Shown piece after piece: positions 23,006-35,329 of a stretch of DNA of 39,517 bases. A model generated the notes under the pieces. That model searched no databases. It was not told where the DNA came from and saw only the letters and a list, made by a program, of their open reading frames with translations. Made by a program: the position numbers and the translations under genes. This DNA comes from Octopus bimaculoides (Eukaryota), in assembly GCF_001194135.2 (NCBI RefSeq), contig NC_068981.1, forward strand, positions 32,441,169 to 32,480,685, read 5' to 3'. The stretch's first letter is position 1, and the number at the start of each line of letters is the position of its first letter.

Positions 23006-24632
23006 CACGCACACACACACTCACACACACATATATAGATATAAAATCTGAAAATTGATTGAAAGCAGGAAACTCAATCCCTAATCTGAGACCCTTATTT
23101 ATTATATAAAACAACGTTTGAACACTGGAAGAGAAGCAGAATCATGACTCAGCTTGTAAACATCAGTCTTTTCAGAGCACACTCTTCTACAGATATTTGT
23201 GTATATTGGAAATATGTGGACGCTTCGTGTAAGAAAACTTTTTCCTCAGTTCGATATTTTTCAGACATTGCAGTCCTGGCTCACGTGAAAACCAGTATAG
23301 GGATCTAGCATCTATAATGTTGTAATTAACGACTTTATCTAGAGACTTGATGGCGAGCAGGAGCAAAAAAAATCTCTCTTGGAATCTCTGGATGTCGAAC
23401 AATGCGAAGCACAACGAAATCTGTCTGGAGATTGCTGGCGTAAACCTATGGAGAATCAAATCCCCATAAGACTCAACCACTTTGTCCAAAGTGAAAGGTG
23501 GTCGGGGTCTTCAGGGGTTCTGATCCTCCATGGAGATGGTTTCGATTCCTCTATAAATGCCATTATAAATTTTATATTCAACTGTATTATTCTTTTACCG
23601 GCTTCTTTCGTTTTATCGTAAGTTTTGGTCCTTCCCCATTTTATGGTATATCTACGCATTAATACACATGCCTGTTGTTCCTACACCTGTCTTCGTCTTT
23701 TGTTTTCTGTAAATTGGAACCACACACACAACACATATATTATATATATGTTAGTAGCCATTTTGTATAAAATGACTTATATATATCCAAACACCCTTGA
23801 TTCTAACTTTGACAAAAGAAAGGAATTTTGATGAAAGATGTTGCCGTTTAAATTGCCCCTTGCGTTTTACAGACTACAACAGCAAAAGCATATAATTAAG
23901 TAGTGAAAAATATTTTGTTTAGACCTTTTACAGATTCGCATGTTTACTGTTGTTGCATCGTCCTGTAGATCAGTAGTTCATTGGTCTGTGCAACACAATA
24001 GTGTCACACAATAAGTAATTGGTGTCAAGATTTCCCTCTCAAGCGAGACTTATGCTAAAAGTACACGACCATGAAATGTATTTTTACAAGCATATTAAGT
24101 GATGTGCTTTAGGATACGATGTTTCCATCGATATTAATAGCACAGTTGTTACTGCATCAACGTATCAACTTGGAGATATGGGTTAATCTTCTACTGGATC
24201 TTTTATAATATTCTTTCTTGAAGCCATTGTCAGCATCTATAATTTGCTTAAGCATGTGATTTTCTTTTAATATTAAATTAATCATTCAATTGATTTTAAA
24301 ATTTCAACATAATTTACCTTAGTTGATTAGTGTACATTGTATAATTGATGAAACCGTGTAATGATATGATTGGCTTTTAAATAAATCAGACTAACATATA
24401 TTTGAAGTGAGACTCTAGCAAAATCTTTGCCGTGAAGACTAAAGCAATCAAAAGAATTATATACGAAAATATACAGAAAGAATTACAGAAATTTTATTTA
24501 AATTCCACTATTATTTCTCTTATGATAATTTTCTCTTTCCTCTGTTTATAATTTATCTAATAAGAGTAATATAATACACCCAAAAGCAATAATAATTGAT
24601 TCCTTTGTATGCATATATANNNNNNNNNNNNN

Positions 24633-24666
<34 letters not shown>

Positions 24667-25022
24667 GTATAGAAATGTATTTATGTATATGTATGTATAT
24701 GTAAAAGTGTGTATATATGTATGTATTTATATTTATAACTTAACCTTATGAACTTTATAAACTCTCCGACGAAGCATAGAGGCAAACCCAAAGTACCTTA
24801 ATATTACCTGCCAAATACTTCAGTTCACTGAAGGGATGGCAGTAAAGTGGGGCACTATGACCTCTTGGCTGAAACAGCTGTAGAAACTATTCTAATTTCT
24901 ATGTTCTACGTTGTATATTTTAATAATTATTGGTATTTTTATATATGTAATGCATAATATATTATACATGTATGTATATTGTTATGTTTTTTTTAAATAA
25001 ATAAATAAATACACATAATATA

Positions 25023-27503
25023 ATGTTTACCATAAATGAAGAAAAACTGAAAGAACCCAAGAAAATCATCACAAATCTGTTAACGTTTTTGAACAAACTC
25101 GACTCGACACATGAACCCAGTCGGGTGAACAATGAAAAAATCGATACGAAAAATACAGCCCTTGAAGTCGTCGAAAACCTTGGAAACATGCGAAACAATT
25201 ACAACATTTTTCTCAAACAACGTGAACGAAGGACATCCAAACGAAACAGCATGAGATCAATTCTCTAACAACATACCAAATGAAACACCACCTAGTGCCA
25301 CTATGGAACAAATCACTCAAAGATAGAACGCCTTTAGGAAGATGATCCAAAACAACAACAAAGCGGATATATACGAAAAATGGCTCAATCGCAAACTGTT
25401 AATTCACCCACGCAAACTCCAGATCAAAGCCATTACAGATGAATCTGAGGCACAAAGACGTCTCAGGCAAAGAATGACATTGGAAAAAAATGAAGATGTC
25501 AAATAGAACTTCTAAAATTGAGGAGGACTCAGACGAATGAAGATAATGTAAAATACATCGATGAAGACATCAACCAAGAATTTAGCAAAATGACTCAAGG
25601 CCCCATCCTAGAGAAGACCTCCAAATCATAGAAAGAGGATTCTGAAGAAGAATTGAAAACCCTCCAACGCAAGGGAAAAAGCGCTACTTGGTTCTCAAAC
25701 TATGAAACTGTCTTTCAACCAGAGTACGCTTCCAACAACCATTTCCTAAAAATAAGAACATCAAAACAACACTCAAACACAGATTGACACTTATCTAAAA
25801 AATGGAACCATCACGCCTACCAAAATAAAATACAGGAACTAACCCTAACTTTGTAACCCAACAGCGAAACAACATCGGGAGTACCTCAACATCAAACATA
25901 GAAATGAAAAATCACTAACCTCAGGATAGAAATTGCATCCTCCCCCCACCATAAGGAGTTACTAACGGAATTTTCATTCCATGAATCTAGTAAACAACCA
26001 CGCACAACAAACCCGTACCACACGTAATAATTACCAACGACGGCCCCCTAATACACACCATATCCGAACATGGAACATAGGGACACACCTTTCAATACAC
26101 TTCCAAGAACCAGCACCATAAATCATGACAGGTCACTCCACAACAACAAAGAACAACAACACAACAACTACCGTCCCAATCACTCAATCATTTTTTAGAC
26201 CCAATACTCAAACACAGAGACCCGAAAGAGCACCAAACAGATAGGAAGAGCCAAAAGTGATAAAAATCATCAATCCAGCAGCAAACCGAATCAACATACT
26301 CTCCAAAGGGCTCGAGTTTACACCCACCCTAACGCCCCAATTACAACGAAATGAAAGAAAACTTTGCGGAATTCTGTAGAAAATTACGACTCGCTGAGGA
26401 GCTATACGACAAATACGAGGGCGAATCGTTAGTCCGAAATAGGAGTGGCTACATCCCTTCAAAAAGTAAGAACAAAACTCTCTCTTGATCATTTCTGTGA
26501 ATACATCTCGAATTACCCATATAAACATATGCACAAACAAATTCACAAGCCAAACCTCAGCAAAAAAAGAATGAGCTGAACAAATTAAAAAATTACAAAG
26601 CAATAACCATCAAAGAGGCTGATAAAGGGTGTGCAGTTGTCTTAATGGACACGGTATACTATATAACTCTAGTACTATCCATATTAGAAGACAGAACATT
26701 TTATGAAAAGGGCGAGCACTACAGTCAGCAGAAAATAAGAAAGCTAAAATTTGTGTTAAACCTATACAGAGAAAGGCTCACTGCCGACAAGGAATACGAT
26801 TATATGGCCAACTTCAAAAGTAAATCCAATCAATTCTACAGTATTCCTAAGATACACAAAAGTGAGAAAATAAGTAACGCATGCAGGATAGCCACAGACA
26901 TAATAATCAAGGTCTCTGCTCCAATGATCTCAAATTGAGACCTATAATAGCAGGACCCATATTTGAAACCCACCGCCTCAGTAACTTTTTAGATAACCTC
27001 TTAAAACCATTCCTCAAGCATATCAAAAGCTACATAAAGAAAGACCTGGATATGTTCAATCACCTCCCTAAAATAATAAACAAAAACACCCTACTGGTAT
27101 CCTTCGATGTAGTCAACAACTATTCTAATATCCCCCACAGCCAACGAATTGAGGCAATTCAATTATGGCTAGAGAATTACGCCAATGAACCCCTACATTG
27201 CATCAAAAAAGAATTCGTAAGAGAAGGGCTATAATTCATCTTGGAGAACAACTACTTTGTCTTCAAAGACAACTTCTATCGACAAAAATCGGGCACTGCG
27301 ATGGCTATGAGAATGGCCCTCTCCTTTGCTAACCTAGTCATGGGATATCTAGAAATCAGTCTTTATCGTAACGTACTAGAAAAATACGGCAACCCATTCT
27401 ACCTCTACATAGAAAATAACTAGAAGACGTATTCTTTGGCATGAAAGTATAGAGAGACTTAAAGACTTTCAAGCACTTATAAATGGATTTGAGGTAAACA
27501 TTC
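25023..27503 (+). mobile_element. Decayed Penelope-like element, N-terminal region plus reverse transcriptase, 3' truncated
   Basis: Fragments LSKGLEFTPT, FCRKLRLAE, IKEADKGCAVVLMD, FYSIPKIHKS, LRPIIAGP..ETHRLSNFLDNLLKPF, LVSFDVVNNYSNIPH and YRQKSGTAM...ANLVMGYLE are PLE RT motifs. The catalytic YxDD is missing (N*K then RILW). Many stops and frameshifts. Confidence 0.92.
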
Positions 27504-27580
27504 AAAGCGAAATTAAAGTAAAATACAGAAATTGAATTATGTAAATATACATGTTAACTATATGTCATGGGGCAAAAAAA

Positions 27581-27677
<97 letters not shown>

Positions 27678-27823
27678 GACTAAATTAGGTAATTAACGAA
27701 TAAGTAGATTCAGAAACTAAGAAAGTAATTATATCGGGGAGAAAGAGAGAATGAACGAACAGTTAAAATCGTGTAGAGAGTAAGAGGGAAAGTATTTGAA
27801 AAATGGAATTTCTTCTATAGACT
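27504..27823 (+). repeat. Partial third copy of the duplicated block (matches 28999-29445 and 2970-3235), includes (GA)n
   Basis: aaagcgaaattaaagtaaaatacagaaattgaa...atgtcatggggcaaaaaaaagg...(GA)n...aaaatggaatttcttctatagact. Confidence 0.9.
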
Positions 27824-28356
27824 TGATTTCAACTATACGACATTTTGGAAAACGTTAAACAAGAATGTGAAATCGACAATGTGGTCCCTTCATCGGAATA
27901 CATATTCAGTGATACTGTGTCCCTCAGTTATTATTTTATAAGTATTCCCTAACATTTAGAGATATGTCAAATACCTACGGAGAATCCACCATTTATACAA
28001 ATTTAATATAATTCTATGTAATTGCTATTCTGCTTAAACAAAAATTAAAAGCGTCCATAAGATATTCTAATATAGAACAAAGATGCCTTTGACTGCTTTT
28101 CTTATTAATCTAAATACTACTTTCGGGAAGGAATGTATATTACGTCATCCAATTCTTGTTCCCTCAAACATGTAAAGGTATTTAACATCAACACAAACAA
28201 ATATTCAAGTAAAATATATGGTATCATTAAAGTTATAGAAGAGTTGCAAAGTGAGTCGAGTTATCGTCTAGCATTTCGAATTTTAGAACAAATTATCTTC
28301 CCACTCGTTACTATATTTTTTGAGACAATCATGAATGTCACGCAATTTCGTTTTGT

Positions 28357-29104
28357 TCATCTGAGAAAAATACTTTGGCCTAAGAAGAAAATTAATATTC
28401 ACTCAGTGAAATTTGCAAAAGATATTCAGTCATATCCGACATGATAGATTTGAAACTTTAACGAAAAAAGAAAAAAATGATAGCAATAACTTGCAGGTAT
28501 GATACTATTAATGGTGTTGATTTTTCTAGTTAATTTTCATCTAAATGAGCAGATTTTAAACTTTAGTTCTAAATATATTCTGGGGCGATATTTGTTTTAT
28601 CTTCTGGAAGCATTCCAAAATGGATGAAGGAAAAGAAAACAAACCACGCAAGTTTTTAATTACAAAAGTTAAACATCAATCAGTTCATTTATAATATATG
28701 TTGGAAATAATTACTTTCAACATTTAGAGAGCGAATCGAAAAGAGAATGAGAGAAAGGAAGGGGATGGTATAGTAAGAAGAGTAATGTAAGATAGAGATG
28801 TCATCATTTCCAACTAAGTTTACTAAAAATTCAGTTCATTTGGCTTAGAAAGATACAGATATACAAATACCACAAAATTATAAATGTAAAATAAAAAAAA
28901 AATCCTCCTGATGAAAAGATAGTGATGGAGTATGCAAAAAGACAAATGTAAATAAACATAAGTAAACGCTTCGGAAAAACATGAAGGTGGGGGGACAGAA
29001 AGCGAAATTAAACTAAAATACAGAAATTGAATGATGTAAATATACGTGTTGACTATATGTCATGGGGCAAAAAAAGGAGAGGGGGGGAGGAGAGAGTGAG
29101 AGAG

Positions 29105-29153
<49 letters not shown>

Positions 29154-29177
29154 AAGAGAGCGAGAGAGAGAGAGAGA

Positions 29178-29267
<90 letters not shown>

Positions 29268-29838
29268 AAGAGAGAGAGATAGAGAGAGAGAGAGAGAAAT
29301 GACTAAATTAAGTAATTAATGAATAAGTAGATACAGAAACTAAGAAAGTAATTATATCGGTGAGAAAGAGAAAATGAAAGAACAGTTAAAATCGTGTAGA
29401 GAGTAAGAGGGAAAGTATTTGAAAAATGGATTTCTTCTATAGACTGTGCGGTTTCGAATACTGACCGAGCGAATTATTCAAAATAATTGAGTTAGTAATT
29501 ATTGTATTGGAATAATCAAAGGAGTGGCATTTATTTTTGGAAAAATTACTTGAGGAAAAAATTCCCCTGAAAGGTAAAAAGGAGCATAATTTTGTTATTT
29601 CTGTTTTGTTTTTGTAAGAAATTAATTCATATTGACTTCAAATTTTGGCATTGGGCCAGCAATTTCGAGGGAAGGAATAAATCAGTTACATCGATCTCAA
29701 TTTTCAACTGGCACTTATATTATCGACTATATAAGGATGTAGAGTAAAGTCTACCTCAGCGGAATTTGAACTGAGAAGACATACTAAATGGCCCTCAGCA
29801 TCTTGCCTGGCGTGCTAACGATTCTGCCAACTCACTGC
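28357..29838 (+). repeat. Duplicated block, copy 2 (direct repeat of 2324-3586), with expanded (GA)n and terminal minus-strand SINE
   Basis: Collinear with copy 1; the (GA)-rich tract is about 200 bp here versus about 40 bp in copy 1. Confidence 0.9.
29630..29838 (-). mobile_element. tRNA-derived SINE (11841 family), minus strand
   Basis: Plus-strand text cagcggaatttgaactgagaa...gcctggcgtgctaacgattctgccaactcactgc is the reverse complement of the family head. Confidence 0.8.
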
Positions 29839-30940
29839 GTTTATGGTGAGAAACGAATATTAGAAAAGAGGAACAAAAGCTGAAAAACAGAGCTGTAACT
29901 ACAAAGATAGAATCATAAATATATTTCATCATGGCACATTGAAAATTACTTGAATTGGGTTAAAATCAAAAAGTGGGAATTCTCAGGCATAGAGGTCTAA
30001 TTGAGTCAAGTATGTGAGTCAACGAGATGATTTTTACTTATTCATTCAGCTACTTGTAACAGCCAAATTTTTCCTCCGAAACAATTGCATATAATTTATA
30101 ATACGTAAAAAAGTGTATGTAGAAAAAAGAAATATTAAATGAGTATATTTACGTATATATCAACAAGCTATGATATAAATGTCTAACTTCCAAATCCTCT
30201 TCATCTTAACTAGTCATCTTAACTAGTCTCCCGTATGACTGCTGTCCACCAACGGTACACCATATGTTTAAACATACTGTTATCAGTTTTAAAAATGTCA
30301 AAAGAATTTGGAAAAACAAAACAATAGTAAAAAACTTCGTTTATCTGCCAATAACCAATTTAGTAAGAGTGAGTGTGATAGACTGGGGAAAACAACACTG
30401 CCAATTGAAACAAAAACAGAGGATAAAAGATACAGTGAAATTCCTCTCAGAACTCACACACAGAGGCACGACACTTTTCCGTACAAGAACAAATTTATTT
30501 TCATTACAACATATATAGTTAGTTCAATAAGGTGAGAGGTTCGATGTGCCGACAAGTAAACATCAGTAAGGGCATAATCTTGTACGTAGTATCTTGCTTT
30601 GGACCCCGAACGTCTTACTGGAGAGGCAGAGGTATCGTGATGATAAATGTGCGGCTTGTTTCATTAGACCACACAAATCCCCAAATTCTTCAGATGTAAC
30701 CCCAACAGATTTTTTACAAAGACAAAGTGAAATAGAGAGAGACAGCGAAGGGAAACCGTGAGTAAAAGAAGTATTGACGGGAGATCTAGATCGGAAATAT
30801 ATCTGTCGAAACTGTAGGAATGAAAGGCATCTTTGGTCTCCTTCATATCTGAATTCAGAGCGTAGAGTACCAGAAGAGTAATCGCAAAGCAAACTAACCC
30901 CCATGCTCTAAGAGCTGTTTTCTCATAGATACAAACATAC

Positions 30941-31047
<107 letters not shown>

Positions 31048-31929
31048 AAACAGAGAAATTGTTATTAATCGAAGCAATAGGAGCAATATGGTTTAATGAA
31101 ACAATATATCACATCGGAAAATATACAGAAAATATTTGAAAATAAATTAGAATTTAATCACATTTTAAAATATCGGGATACACTTAACCGATTTCATATT
31201 AGATTGTTAAAAGTGTATAATGTATGGAGCTGTGTCGTGAACCATGTGCTTGTATGCACCTGTACACATTTACATGCAAATATGTTTGGAGATCAAAATG
31301 AAAAACAAAAAATGGAAAACAACAAAAGTTAAAAGGACGTACACAGTGAATACATTAGACTGACGCTCAGGGAAAGTTTAAAATGACGACAAAGAGGGGT
31401 TTGGCGTTCCGATCATGGGTCTTCTTGAAAAGAGGGAAAAGTTCAAAGAAAAGAAAAGGACTTGTCCGAGAAAAGCACTTATCGTTACATGACTGAAAAA
31501 TAACTGACCGGAAATGGAGAGAGAGAATGTGATTTCTGACGGCAGGAAAGTGCGAAATGACCAGTGTGTGTGTGTGTGTGTGTTTGTGTGTGTCTGTGTG
31601 GTTGTGTCTGTGTGGGTGGGTGTTTGTATTTATGCGAATGGTAATGTGTGTGTGAAGGGGTGAAGCGAAGAAGTTAGTAGCATTAGTTAGATTTAATGGT
31701 CCAGAGGTGATGTAACGTGTGAGTACGTTGATGTTACTGCGTGTAAACGTATGTTTGCGAGTGCGCGTGTACGGGTGTGTGTATACATTTGTTTGCGTAC
31801 GCGTGGGGTCGATGTGGCTGAAAAGTTTTTGTACAAGTTAGGATATAGAAACGTGTGCGTATGTGCGGTAGATGTGTATGTAGTATGCGGTGGGGTGTAC
31901 GTTATGTATGTCGGTATGTGGCAGCCAAA

Positions 31930-32335
31930 CTAAAAATAATTTTTTAAAAATTTATAAATTTGTTTTAAATAACAAAAATTTAAAGTTTAAAATTGAAACA
32001 AATCTTTTAAATATAAAAAATATTAAGAAAATCATTAAACTGATTTTAAAATTAATTTTAAAAGTTATTTGAAAAACTTACATTTTAATTCAAAAATTAA
32101 ATTATAGAAAACATTTTAAACATTTAAGGCGGTGCTCCAGCATGACGGTAGTCAAAATGACTGAGACAAGTAAAGAAATAAAAATTAAAAGAATTTTAAA
32201 AGATTTTAAATAAAAATTAAATTTTAAAGATTACGTAACAAAATAAAAAATAATTAATTTCAATTAAATTAAAAGGAAATTAAGATGAAAAGTAAATATA
32301 TTGAAAAATAAAAAAAGTAAAAAATAAAATAATAA
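31930..32335. repeat. Almost pure A/T low-complexity tract containing a SINE tail fragment (32125-32180)
   Basis: Runs of ttttaaaa/aaaatt with very few G/C outside aaggcggtgctccagcatgacggtagtcaaaatgactgagacaag. Confidence 0.85.
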
Positions 32336-32339
32336 AAAG

Positions 32340-32860
32340 GGAGAATGAAAGTGGAACTATTACAAGAAGGAAGTGTTAAGTCCAACCGGTACATGATTTC
32401 GAAGAGAGATGTAGCATTGTCGAAGTCTTGTGGTGCAACTCCAAGCCGAGACAGTGAAATGGTCAGTGGAGTGGTTGTAAGTACGAAAATGACAGGTGAC
32501 GGGGGTATATTTTTGGAGGCGGATATACCGTAGATGCTCAGACTGATCAACATATGAAGATTTGCAAAAGGTTCATTTGAGGCAATAGATAATGTTAGAA
32601 GAGATACACGAGAAAGAACCCCGAATGTGGATAGTATGTTGGTTGGTTCCAGTGAGAGATGTATAGGTATGACAACAGGGTCTCGAGCAACGGTTGATCC
32701 ATGATCGTTGAACGTGGTAGAAGGAAGAAAGCTTCGGTCCAGTAAGTTGTGTAGGTTGTGGGCACGCTTGAAGGGGGTGAGGGTGGTAGGACTGGATTGG
32801 AGACGACGGGAGGCATCATATATATGTAACGTCTGCCTCATGTATGACGGACTTTATCAT
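32340..32860 (-). mobile_element. Penelope-like element 3' fragment: Cys-rich linker and GIY-YIG endonuclease, decayed
   Basis: FKRAHNLHNLLDRS (cf. PLE RRxxNLRDxLVRS), then after a frameshift RCSRPCCHT...IRGSFSCISSNIIYCLK*TFCKSSYVDQSEHLRYIR...PVTCHFRTYNHS. Confidence 0.85.
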
Positions 32861-32979
32861 GCACCCCAGTCGAGTTTGACAACTTCATGAGTTTCGACAG
32901 TTACAACTGGGAATAGGCTCGGTGTTAACGAGTAAGGATGTTCTTCGTATTAGAGCAGCAGCTACATAATCTATTCGTA

Positions 32980-33141
32980 CAATATGAACCTGTTTGCTAG
33001 AAAGAAGAGTCAAGACTCTCCAAAGCCACGCATCTCTCACTATTTTTTAGTATATTTCCTACATTTTCCGTGCGTATATTATGAGAGATGCATGGCTTTG
33101 AAGGGTTTTAACCCTTCTTTCTAGCAAACAGGTCCATATTG
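32980..33141. mobile_element. 162-bp MITE with 60-bp TIRs and TA target-site duplication (Tc1/mariner type)
   Basis: 32980-33039 versus reverse complement of 33082-33141 match 53/60, all mismatches transitions. TA at 32978-32979 and 33142-33143. Confidence 0.88.
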
Positions 33142-34975
33142 TAACCTGGCTTTTTTATTTATATTTTGTCTATTTGGTTATGTTTGCTGGCCATTTTAAC
33201 CCTTTTTGTTAACTTATCTAAATTTTGAATTTATATATACATATATATCTATCATTCTATCTATCAATCTATATATANNNNNNNNNNNNNNNNNNNNNNN
33301 NNNNNNNNNNNNNNNNNNNNNNNNNNNNNNNNNNNNNNNNNNNNNNNNNNNNNNNNNNNNNNNNNNNNNNNNNNNNNNNNNNNNNNNNNNNNNNNNNNNN
33401 NNNNNNNNNNNNNNNNNNNNNNNNNNNNNNNNNNNNNNNNNNNNNNNNNNNNNNNNNNNNNNNNNNNNNNNNNNNNNNNNNNNNNNNNNNNNNNNNNNNN
33501 NNNNNNNNNNNNNNNNNNNNNNNNNNNNNNNNNNNNNNNNNNNNNNNNNNNNNNNNNNNNNNNNNNNNNNNNNNNNNNNNNNNNNNNNNNNNNNNNNNNN
33601 NNNNNNNNNNNNNNNNNNNNNNNNNNNNNNNNNNNNNNNNNNNNNNNNNNNNNNNNNNNNNNNNNNNNNNNNNNNNNNNNNNNNNNNNNNNNNNNNNNNN
33701 NNNNNNNNNNNNNNNNNNNNNNNNNNNNNNNNNNNNNNNNNNNNNNNNNNNNNNNNNNNNNNNNNNNNNNNNNNNNNNNNNNNNNNNNNNNNNNNNNNNN
33801 NNNNNNNNNNNNNNNNNNNNNNNNNNNNNNNNNNNNNNNNNNNNNNNNNNNNNNNNNNNNNNNNNNNNNNNNNNNNNNNNNNNNNNNNNNNNNNNNNNNN
33901 NNNNNNNNNNNNNNNNNNNNNNNNNNNNNNNNNNNNNNNNNNNNNNNNNNNNNNNNNNNNNNNNNNNNNNNNNNNNNNNNNNNNNNNNNNNNNNNNNNNN
34001 NNNNNNNNNNNNNNNNNNNNNNNNNNNNNNNNNNNNNNNNNNNNNNNNNNNNNNNNNNNNNNNNNNNNNNNNNNNNNNNNNNNNNNNNNNNNNNNNNNNN
34101 NNNNNNNNNNNNNNNNNNNNNNNNNNNNNNNNNNNNNNNNNNNNNNNNNNNNNNNNNNNNNNNNNNNNNNNNNNNNNNNNNNNNNNNNNNNNNNNNNNNN
34201 NNNNNNNNNNNNNNNNNNNNNNNNNNNNNNNNNNNNAAAGGAAAGTGAAAGAATGCAATTTATCGTTCCCTATCATCAATAGCTATTTAAACAGAATATG
34301 TTTTGTTGTCTTTTGGTTTCTTTAGATGAAATGTATACAAGAAAACTGAAGCCAGAATACTTTCTGAAACTATAGATAATTTGCGAATTTTCTCCATTTT
34401 CTATTTTCTATTTTGCTTTTTGTTTTTTGTTGTTTTTTTTCATTAAGAAAAAAGCGGGAACATAAATGTAGAAAATGAGATATTTAACACAAATATTTTT
34501 GAACGAAAAAACATTGTCATGAAAAGAAATGTAAACTTTAGAATTTTTTTTTCCATCATGTCCCTATCATCATTTCAGTTTTTAGAGTTATAAGCATTTT
34601 TACACGCATTTTGTCAAATTTTCAATTTTTTATATTCATATATTTTAATATGCCTTTTGATATTATCTGTTATTACTTTAATTGTATGCGGTTGAGTTTT
34701 GTGAGGTAGACAGCTAAGTTGCAAGTTAGTGGAGTTTAGGAGCCGATTTCTATTTCCCATTGTTGCCATTTTATTTTTTCTCATGAGTCTTCCATATATT
34801 TTTGTGTTTTCGAACCAGTTTCCCATCTTACATAGAGAGCAATAAAGACTAACAGAAATTCTAAGACATTGAACTAAGATTTTATAATTCACTTTCACTT
34901 TCTGAGATCTCAGGTATTATCCCAAAAGGATCGCTTGCATTTTTGTTCTTCTGGGATTAAAAGAAGAAACATAGT

Positions 34976-35160
34976 AGTTAAAGTACTGTCTTTTCCATAT
35001 TGCATGTTCTGGAATTTCTCAGTTCAAATCCCATGCAGATCAACTTCGTTTTTCATCCTTCTGAAATCGATTAAATAAAGTACCACTTAACTATTCGGTT
35101 CATTTAACCGACAAATATTCTCCTCATAAATTTCAGGCCTTGTCTCTAAATTGGAAGCAA
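34976..35160 (+). mobile_element. Highly degenerate SINE (11841 family)
   Basis: cagttcaaatccc..tcaacttcgtttttcatcctt..ataaagtacca..caggccttgtc. Confidence 0.6.
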
Positions 35161-35329
35161 TTTCAACCAGAACTACCATTACTACCACCACCACCACCAC
35201 CACCACCACTACCAGCACTACTATGCTGGTGCTGCTGATGGTGATGACATTACTACTGCTGTTGTTTTTTTTTGTTGCTATTTTTATTAGTTTCTTTTGT
35301 ATTTCCTATTTCATATCCTGTTAAGCCAG

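Noticed and set aside
23187-23659. Overlapping 67-100 aa ORFs as a gene
   Set aside because: No recognisable domain, stops in all frames and no coherent splice pair.
24766-24796. Hammerhead remnant upstream of the Penelope element (CCGACGA-A-GC..GC-AAAC..GTA)
   Set aside because: Both core segments are mutated and there is no stem I pairing; the position is suggestive but the sequence is insufficient.
31340-31560. Promoter from an ETS-like ACCGGAAAT and several TGACG half sites
   Set aside because: Short motifs expected by chance, with no linked exon.
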